A stretch of DNA of 63,295 nucleotides, the filler included, from Octopus bimaculoides (taxonomy: Eukaryota), in assembly GCF_001194135.2 (NCBI RefSeq). It is 3 parts of 3 records of this genome, joined end to end, with 100 filler letters (N's around TTAATTAATTAA, not from the genome) between each part and the next. Parts side by side here need not be neighbours in the genome. Positions count along the whole stretch, not along the records: positions 38,438 to 63,295 come from NC_068989.1; 2 more parts are not named here. One strand, 5' to 3'. How positions within the stretch are numbered: position 1 is the first letter of the stretch; the number at the start of each line of letters is the position of its first letter. The position numbers were made by a program, and so were the translations under genes. Below, one piece after another: positions 53,726-63,295 of the stretch. The notes under the pieces are model-generated. The model was not told the DNA's origin. It ran no database searches and saw only the letters and a program-made list of their open reading frames with translations.

Positions 53726-55115
53726 TAGTCAACGAGTATCTACTTCACCCCACTGCAGACGATGAAGATAACGACAATGGTGAAAAGTACGCAGGGAATA
53801 ACTGGTACAAACTGCAACTTGTGTTTACCATAATTTTCACTCTACATGCATCTAATATAGACAGCACACGTACATTCTTATATCTATATGTATGTATACA
53901 TACACATACGGACATTAGAACCCACAAATTTACACATCCACACACACACACACACACGCACGCGCGCACACACACACATGCCCCCCCCCCCACTGTTTTA
54001 TTAATAGCGATCAGCTTAACATTGAAATCTGCGTCGATGGAAATGGATATATTCACGTGTGTGTGTGTGTGTGTGCACGCGCGTGCGTGTGTATGTGAGT
54101 CTCTATATGTGTGTGCGTGTGCGTGTGCGTGCGTGCTTTTGTATGTGTAATACAAATGTGTGTGTCTGTATGTGTGTGTGTTATGCATTACCTTACATAA
54201 TGCTATGTCCCTGCAAGTTAATTCGAAATCCAGCAATATTTGGTCTCTTGATGGAAGTGGAAATCTTATTTCGCACACACATACACCATCCTTTCATAAA
54301 CACCTTCTCACTTATATTATTCCAAAGTGTTATGTTCCTATATTTAGAATACACACATATATTAATAGACGCTTCCATTTCTAACCGTAAATTCCATCAG
54401 CTGAAGCAGATATTTCATTCCTTTGAAAAACTCCTTTAGAACGAAACATATAAAATATTATTCTGGACGGCTAACGTCGTCTTGTGTCCTGTGAATGGCA
54501 GTCGTTTCTGGTTCATAAATAACTTTATATATATACACATATAAATATATATATATATANNNNNNNNNNNNNNNNNNNNNNNNNNNNNNNNNNNNNNNNN
54601 NNNNNNNNNNNNNNNNNNNNNNNNNNNNNNNNNNNNNNNNNNNNNNNNNNNNNNNNNNNNNNNNNNNNNNNNNNNNNNNNNNNNNNNNNNNNNNNNNNNN
54701 NNNNNNNNNNNNNNNNNNNNNNNNNNNNNNNNNNNNNNNNNNNNNNNNNNNNNNNNNNNNNNNNNNNNNNNNNNNNNNNNNNNNNNNNNNNNNNNNNNNN
54801 NNNNNNNNNNNNNNNNNNNNNNNNNNNNNNNNNNNNNNNNNNNNNNNNNNNNNNNNNNNNNNNNNNNNNNNNNNNNNNNNNNNNNNNNNNNNNNNNNNNN
54901 NNNNNNNNNNNNNNNNNNNNNNNNNNNNNNNNNNNNNNNNNNNNNNNNNNNNNNNNNNNNNNNNNNNNNNNNNNNNNNNNNNNNNNNNNNNNNNNNNNNN
55001 NNNNNNNNNNNNNNNNNNNNNNNNNNNNNNNNNNNNNNNNNNNNNNNNNNNNNNNNNNNNNNNNNNNNNNNNTATATATTTGAATGTATATATTGCTACT
55101 TACAGATGATACGTA

Positions 55116-55155
<40 letters not shown>

Positions 55156-55558
55156 TACACGCGCGCGCGCGCACACACATTATTGCGTTTGTATTGATTA
55201 TCAGCAACGAACCTCCTTACTTGCCCTCTCATTTACCATCCTTTATTTTTGAAAAATATCAAAGGAAATAAAGGGATCACTACTTTTCGACGACGTATTC
55301 CACGTATTTAGTGAACAGAGGTCCCTGATCATTGAATATTAGTATACGTGGCTGAATATTTCCCTGACAACGTTAGAGAAATCGTCCGACAACATCCTTG
55401 TAACCGACTATGCAACAAATCTCAGTTTTCAATAAGAGCAAGAGACGTGTTGACAAACCGTTCTGGCGCCGCTTTTTTGGCGTCGCTGATTCGAGGCTGA
55501 CCACTTTGACGTTTTAATGTTTCTCCCGTTCTCTCTGTGACCCTTCTCTTTCTCTCAG

Positions 55559-55605
55559 TGATATATGCAAACATGTTTCTCCTTATGTATATGAGGAGAC
55601 GGAAG
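55559..55605 (+). CDS. Isolated candidate 47-nt exon (DICKHVSPYVYEETE or IYANMFLLMYMRRRK)
   Basis: Very strong acceptor cccttctctttctctcag and donor AAG|gtaagt; two frames are open. Partner exons are not established. Confidence 0.35.
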
Positions 55606-56761
55606 GTAAGTGTTTATACCAATCCCGATCAATTAATAAATTGTAATGCCCCTCACTTTACCTGGATATGATTAATTATGCACGTGCATATATTCGTATA
55701 TATGTGTGTGAGTGAGTGTGTATGTTTTTGCGTACAGTGACAAATAATACATTGGCTAAATCAGTCTGCTGGTGTCCAATTTCTCATTCCGTTTCAATAA
55801 ATAATATTATTCTTTGACACTGTTTGTCCTTTGTAAATATTTTCTGACCAACAAATAGCACAAACGTAGCTCGGGGATAACCCTATACTATGGTAAAATA
55901 CCATTTATTCAAATTCAAGCAATGTACGAATGAGCCAGTGACCTTCATATTGCGAAGCGAACATCATTACGATCTGAATGTGTATGTAATTCTGTAAAAT
56001 CTGCAATAGTAAGCAGGTATTTTAAAATCGCCATGGCGTCTCTATTTTTTCTCATTACATTTCTTATTTCTTTTCCTTCACTTGGTTAATGCTACATCCC
56101 GAAGCGCTGAATCACTTCTACGTCTCTATTCATTGTTCAAAGTATTGTTTCTTTTCTTATTTCTTCGCTCTTTCTACAACTAGGTTTTTTTACTTGACTA
56201 AATCCATGTACCACTTATTTGTTTGTCTTCTGCTTACGTATTAATCTCCCTACAATTATTTATGTGATTTTCAAATATATATGAATACGGTTACCTGGCC
56301 TCGATATGAATGACAGAGATCGCAACATTCCCACTCGAACGGAAAGCCAGTTCGTCGCATTGTTCCTCATTTACAGCCGAGTGGACTAGACTAAAATGTT
56401 TTGCTAAAAACATGACGAGTATCGAACGTATAATCTCGCGATCGTGAGGGTAATGTTCTAATCACTTGGCTACGCACCTGCACGCGTATACGTGTATGAA
56501 TATAAGCTGATATAAGTGAAACTATCACGACACCATCAACGAACGGGATTTGTCTCAGACCATTTAAGCTCGTTGCATGTAACTTAGGATCGGCGCATAA
56601 AACTCTAACGTGATATAGCACATGTATTGTGTATGTGGGTGTGCATTGTGTGTGTGTGTATGTGTGTATATATGTCTATATATCTATTTATACAAGTACA
56701 TACATACATGAATATATGCATACATACACGCATACACACACACTTATATATGTATATGAGC

Positions 56762-56813
<52 letters not shown>

Positions 56814-57128
56814 NNNNNNNNNNNNNNNNNNNNNNNNNNNNNNNNNNNNNNNNNNNNNNNNNNNNNNNNNNNNNNNNNNNNNNNNNNNNNNNNNNNNNNN
56901 NNNNNNNNNNNNNNNNNNNNNNNNNNNNNNNNNNNNNNNNNNNNNNNNNNNNNNNNNNNNNNNNNNNNNNNNNNNNNNNNNNNNNNNNNNNNNNNNNNNN
57001 NNNNNNNNNNNNNNNNNNNNNNNNNNNNNNNNNNNNNNNNNNNNNNNNNNNNNNNNNNNNNNNNNNNNNNNNNNNNNNNNNNNNNNNNNNNNNNNNNNNN
57101 NNNNNNNNNNNNNNNNNNNNNNNNNNNN

Positions 57129-57171
<43 letters not shown>

Positions 57172-58226
57172 ATATGTATGTGTATATATATGTGTGTATG
57201 TATGTGCGCAAGCGCGTGTGTGTGTCTGCGTGTTGTTGTTCTTATACTGTGAATGTCTTCATATGTTTGCAGGCTTCCTCTACGTCTAAACCGGATCAAT
57301 TTTCCAACTTCATTACAAGAGCAGCAGCTATCTTCTTCCTTTCACCTGCTTGCAACAAGCTCTTCACGACTCTGCAAATACTATATTGTTGACCACAACT
57401 GTTCCGTGTAGATAATTCCATATTGTTCACTCAGATCTACCAAATTATTGCCATTACATTAAATCTATACTGTTATAGGAAACGCGCCTACTGTGCTGAA
57501 ACGGGTCCATGCGTATGGATACTACAGCAAAAGGATTAATGCATATGGTTTTCGGTTTTATTTTTGTGACACACTTTTTCTCGATATTGTCTGTGGCTGT
57601 AATGTAAACAAAGTAAAACAAAAACAACAGTTTGTTCTCGTAGCATCAATGATTCACCGTCATTTAACAATAATGGATTCCGTCGTTCGATCAAGTGAAT
57701 TATCCGCCCCTGCTTTAACTTGTTAATGACTACGCAATCCACAGATCAGACAGTTATACACTTCGTGTAATAATTACGCAGGATCCTCTCCAACAGTTAA
57801 CGTGACGAGTTTGTTGGTAGCCCTTTATTAGAAGCATAATCTATTCGACGGGTTTCCTAAACTGTTTCAGACTATTCAGATCTGTTTAGAATGTATCTCT
57901 CAAAATAAAGATACATAAAATTACATTTAACCAAGATATCAAGTCGTAGGATCGTACTCAGCACCTCATAGTTGCTGAACTAACTGCTTAACCAATTGGC
58001 CAACGACGTCTAATTACAACTAATATAATCGTTTCATGGATGGGAACTGAAAGCTTAAAATTTATCAGACAATAATTTTTACCGACTTAAATCGGGGAAG
58101 ATACGCGAGGAAAAAATGTCTCAGATATACTCACAGACGAATCCCTTTCAAAGCAGGAATGCCTTTCGTTATAGATCAAGGATTGCCTGGGATTAAGCAC
58201 ACACACACACACACACACATATAGGT

Positions 58227-58615
58227 CTGTTCTATATTTAAGAGATGAGGAATTATGTATATTATTTACATTACTTACATTTGACGGATATTTGCCCTAA
58301 TCGTTTCGGCTTTTATATACCCTCCAGCCTTGGGGAAATTTCGAACCTGGGCTCTCATTCCTAAGGTATTTTTCGAAGTTGTTATTATTACTGTTCAGGT
58401 CTCGGAATTTTGGGGTTAGTAGCCGGCGCTCTTAAGCACTACGCCATATGCCCGTGGGCAATTATGGAGTGAATTTTAGGGCTAATAAATTTAATATTTT
58501 CCCTCTCCTTCCTTAACTAGTGATTTATAAGCACTAAAATTAACTCCATGATTACCCACGGGCATATGGCGTAGTGGTTAAGAACGCGGACTACTAACCC
58601 CAAGATTCCGAGTGA

Positions 58616-58656
<41 letters not shown>

Positions 58657-58771
58657 TCGAAAAATACCTTAGGTTCGAAATTTCTCCAAGAAGGTATATC
58701 AGCTGAAACGTTGTGTTAACAACAAAAAAGATGAGGACAAATGTCCGTTAATTGTAGCTAATGTAAATAAT
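58227..58771. mobile_element. Head-to-head pair of the Ser-tRNA-like SINE (58227-58458 minus, 58555-58771 plus); both lack the hammerhead core
   Basis: Both align to 30200-30490, and both have deletions removing ACACCTGATG. Confidence 0.8.
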
Positions 58772-60240
58772 ATATATATATATATATATATACATGTAAG
58801 CATATATCAATACACACGTATACGTACATACATGTGGGTGTGTAGGGTACGTCAACTTATTTTCTTATAAATATATTATTTAATCAATCTACAGGAATTT
58901 TCACTTGGCAATATAAATCAAATTCATCTTTTACTGACGTCTGTAGAGAAAGTTTTCTTTTGTTGAAGTAGGAATAATCAAAAACATTTCTTGATCAAAT
59001 GATGCATTTGTAGTTAGCACATATGACATTAAAAGACATCATATTATGAATAACATCTAACCTGTGATTATAAGCCTGTTTAGTTCTTATTACTTCTACT
59101 GAATCGTTCAACATTTTACATCTTTCCACCGAGAATTTTACGAATGGTAGAGCGACTGGAACGGCCGTTCTTGAAACAAGTAGCGTCAATATTTACCGTT
59201 AGCATTATTCACTGCTGATCGTTCAGAAAGCATTGGTTCTCGTCCGCTCACCGAGATTTAGTGGCTTCAATCGCATTACGTATTAGATGGGTGGTCGCTT
59301 TGAAGCATCAGTTTTGTTTGTAAAGGAGCGTAGCCGGGTAGTTATGATGTTTAGCTTATGATGGGAACATATTTGGTTCAATTACAGAAGTGGACGCCGC
59401 GTTGTGTCCTTGATGAAGGCACTTCATTTCATGTCATATTTTGAGAATAGACAACCAGTTCGTCTTGTATTGAGATGTATTAATCCAGATCATCATCATC
59501 TTCGGTACTATGCTATTTGATTATCATCCATCACTACAGATTAGTCACTAAAGGCAGATAATTTTTTTTTCTATAGAAGACGCATCTGCAGGTGTAAATT
59601 CAGAACACTTGAAACAAATGTTGAACGTCGAAAATCTTAAGGACATTCGATGACTTTGCGAGTGTATTGGTTAAGTAGATTTCTATAATGTAGTTTTCAT
59701 GACAGGTTTCCTTCAATTTCTTTTTCGCTAACACTCTGGTTATTTGAGGTGACACAAACTTACATACAAATTTCACATTTATTTCATGATAATGCGTCAA
59801 GTGGGTCCACTTAATCTACTTGCATTCTCTATTGTCAGCTTCTGATGCATATAACAAGTTTTCCTACAGCCGGGCGGCTATTAGCAACATCAGTGATTGT
59901 TCAGTCAGTGTTTTCTGATACGAGCCGCGAAAGAATTCGTCTTAGAATACGATTGGCTAGGATTGTACATGTGACCGACAACGAGGAATTATGCCAATCA
60001 TTCTCAACTGGGATCCATACGGCCCCTGAGGGTTGAAGTATGATATACAGTTGTTTATTTTAATCTACTCCTGCTTCTGTATATACGTACATACATACAA
60101 CCATAGACACACAGATATATGTATGAATGTAAGCGTGTGTGTGTGTGTGAGTGAGTATGCGTGCGTGTCTATATATGCATATACATATGTGTATATCATA
60201 TATATATATGTATATCATATATATATATACATATACTCTT

Positions 60241-60616
60241 TTTTTTACTCTTTTACTTGTTTCAGTCTTTTGACTGTGGCCATGCTGGAGCACCGCCTTT
60301 AGTCGAGCAAATCGACCCCAGGACTTATTGTTTAGAAACCTAGTACTTATTCTATCGGTCTCTTTTACCGAACCGCTAAGTTACGGGGACATAAACACAC
60401 CAGCATCGGTTGTCAAGCGATGTTGGGGGGACAAACACAGACACACAAACACATACACACATACATATATACATATACATATATACGACGGGCTTCTTTC
60501 AGTTTCCGTCTACCAAATCCACTCACAAGGCTTTGGTCGGCCCGAGACTATAGTAGAAGACACTTGCCCAACCAAGATGCCACGCAGTGGGACTGAACCC
60601 GGGACCATGTGGTTGG
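60241..60616 (-). mobile_element. Near full-length, CpG-retaining copy of the major SINE, cut by a gap
   Basis: Reverse complement of the 53330-53725 family. Confidence 0.9.
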
Positions 60617-60936
60617 NNNNNNNNNNNNNNNNNNNNNNNNNNNNNNNNNNNNNNNNNNNNNNNNNNNNNNNNNNNNNNNNNNNNNNNNNNNNNNNNNNNN
60701 NNNNNNNNNNNNNNNNNNNNNNNNNNNNNNNNNNNNNNNNNNNNNNNNNNNNNNNNNNNNNNNNNNNNNNNNNNNNNNNNNNNNNNNNNNNNNNNNNNNN
60801 NNNNNNNNNNNNNNNNNNNNNNNNNNNNNNNNNNNNNNNNNNNNNNNNNNNNNNNNNNNNNNNNNNNNNNNNNNNNNNNNNNNNNNNNNNNNNNNNNNNN
60901 NNNNNNNNNNNNNNNNNNNNNNNNNNNNNNNNNNNN

Positions 60937-60972
<36 letters not shown>

Positions 60973-62838
60973 CATAAATGGCAATTTCTGTCTGTCTGGG
61001 GCCTCATACAAAGCATAAGATAATCGTCATTTTTGTGCAGAATTAGTTCATGCTTTCGTGCTCATATATTTAAATCAGACTAATGATTCTTCTCGTTGGT
61101 AATCTAATCAAGTGGGTGAGCTATGAAAATGAATGACAGATATGCACAGTCAGTTGTGACCTTAAAATCGCCGAAAGCTGCCCAATTCGTAAAATTTCGG
61201 TATTCTGCGCACAAGCCGTCGTGACATCAATTTCACGAAATCTACCCAAAACCGTAAAATTTTGGCATTTTACGCAACCAGACTCAGTTTTTTTCCCCGT
61301 CAAATTGCTCCTACCCATTAAAATAGATTTCAATTTGACGAAAAATGCCGAAATTCGACGAAAAATATTTCATGGGCATAAACAGACATCTTATTAACGG
61401 TAATCTCATTAGCATTTGCTTATTCTGCGTTTCAATACGAATCGTTTTCATTTGCTAAAACTTATTACTTTAATTCGTTGATTTAATTCCCCAGCGTTTC
61501 AGGTTTTAAATAGGTAAGTGCATTTTATTTTTAGAAATAATACATTTCTAAATCTCTCAGAGCGATTTATGCAGTAGTGATACGATGAAGTAGTTGTATG
61601 CTGTCAACTTAATGCGACAGTCGTCTGAAGGAAATAATACTACTGTTGGTTAGACCTAGGAAGCTGCACCGCTTCCTGTCAGCATTGACACATTTCCTGT
61701 GTCCTTATGTTTACAATGGGGAACTTCCTCGGTCTAACCAACAGTAGTCTTATTCCCTTCAGGGGAGTGTCACATTAAGTTGACAGCATACAACTACTGC
61801 ATTTTATTTCTCGAGCATTTTCTGTTGAGTATTTCATGCATAACAATAGATATACTTACTGACAATCAAACTACATTTATACAAACTACTACTTATATAC
61901 AAGGTTTAACTTATCAGTACACCCCCTCTTAACTTGCGAATATTTTTGGAGTTCAGATTCACGTTAAGTTACTACATGAATCTTAACTCTTAATGAAGGT
62001 TCAGGATCTTATATCAGTCCTTTATACATGGGTANNNNNNNNNNNNNNNNNNNNNNNNNNNNNNNNNNNNNNNNNNNNNNNNNNNNNNNNNNNNNNNNNN
62101 NNNNNNNNNNNNNNNNNNNNNNNNNNNNNNNNNNNNNNNNNNNNNNNNNNNNNNNNNNNNNNNNNNNNNNNNNNNNNNNNNNNNNNNNNNNNNNNNNNNN
62201 NNNNNNNNNNNNNNNNNNNNNNNNNNNNNNNNNNNNNNNNNNNNNNNNNNNNNNNNNNNNNNNNNNNNNNNNNNNNNNNNNNNNNNNNNNNNNNNNNNNN
62301 NNNNNNNNNNNNNNNNNNNNNNNNNNNNNNNNNNNNNNNNNNNNNNNNNNNNNNNNNNNNNNNNNNNNNNNNNNNNNNNNNNNNNNNNNNNNNNNNNNNN
62401 NNNNNNNNNNNNNNNNNNNNNNNNNNNNNNNNNNNNNNNNNNNNNNNNNNNNNNNNNNNNNNNNNNNNNNNNNNNNNNTATATATATATATATATATATA
62501 TTCATGTATAGACATAATGCGTAAATACTGACTTAAAAAACGTTTTGGATAGAACAAAAACTGAGGGCTGCCGTAGGATTCGAACTCACATCAGTAAACA
62601 AAGAGGGAAGTTCTAGCAGCGAGTGAACGGGACCCTTTTCATTTTTGTATCCAGCTAAGAAATCTAATTCTCACCAGCCAGACTTGTGAGTTGTTGATGT
62701 CACAAGAATTCATAGACTTCGAGAATGTAAAATATCTCTCGGAACGGTGGATCTCGAAGTACATCAAGTTATAATTATTTACACGCTTTTATCTATGGCC
62801 TAAGTTGTTTCAAGGTCCGATGGTGGTCAAAATAGAAG

Positions 62839-62874
<36 letters not shown>

Positions 62875-63261
62875 GCATACTATCCGAACAAGCTGTTATT
62901 GATAGGGCTATAGGTGCGTATGTGTGTGCGCGTGTATGTGTTAGAATGCGTGTGTAGGTATAACTTATTTCATACATGTTTTTGCTTGGGTTTGGCAGTG
63001 AAAATTTCGCAGAAGGTATTTCTGTTGGTTTTTACAAATATATCATGTCCTTCCCTGCTTAAAAATGCAGAAGAAATCAGTTCAAAATTCTTATTTCTTT
63101 ACAGATATGTACGTATGCATGAATGAATGTATGTATGTGTGTATGTATGAATGAATGTATGTATGTGTGTACTTGCCTTGTTAACAATTTCAGTATGAAT
63201 AAGTAAGAATATCTCACAGAAATACGTATATACATTTAAATGCATATTCCTATGTATGTGT

Positions 63262-63295
<34 letters not shown>

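Noticed and set aside
62565-62620. GTTCGAATCC B-box suggesting a tRNA gene; similar motifs at about 41550 and 57950
   Set aside because: No complete cloverleaf; these are tRNA-derived SINE heads.

Overview
AT-rich, microsatellite- and SINE-dense eukaryotic genomic DNA from a draft assembly with many N gaps. The repeat families look like those of a coleoid cephalopod, probably Octopus; this is inferred from recalled repeat sequences, not a database hit. Two identical artificial spacers (N44-TTAATTAATTAA-N44 at 10077-10176 and 38338-38437) divide the window into three blocks. Block A (1-10076) holds the last eight coding exons of a minus-strand 4-hydroxyphenylpyruvate dioxygenase (HPD) gene. 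All three Fe ligands are present, three exons are cut by gaps, and the 5' exons are missing. Block B (10177-38337) is CpG-poor. It holds two phase-compatible plus-strand exons of a helical-repeat protein, tentatively ARM-TIR family, and a likely next splice acceptor right at the block end. It also holds a cluster of candidate minus-strand exons pointing away from that gene. Block C (38438-63295) is CpG-richer and mostly repeats, with no confident gene. Mobile-element remnants include several SINE families, Penelope-like, Tx1/L1-like and R4-like retroelements, mariner-like transposase fragments and several MITEs. The most notable observation is a tRNA-headed SINE whose tail carries a complete minimal type-I hammerhead ribozyme motif of the Penelope type (30402-30447). 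Almost all ORFs in the supplied track are microsatellite or N-gap artefacts. No CRISPR arrays, rRNA genes or intact tRNA genes were seen.
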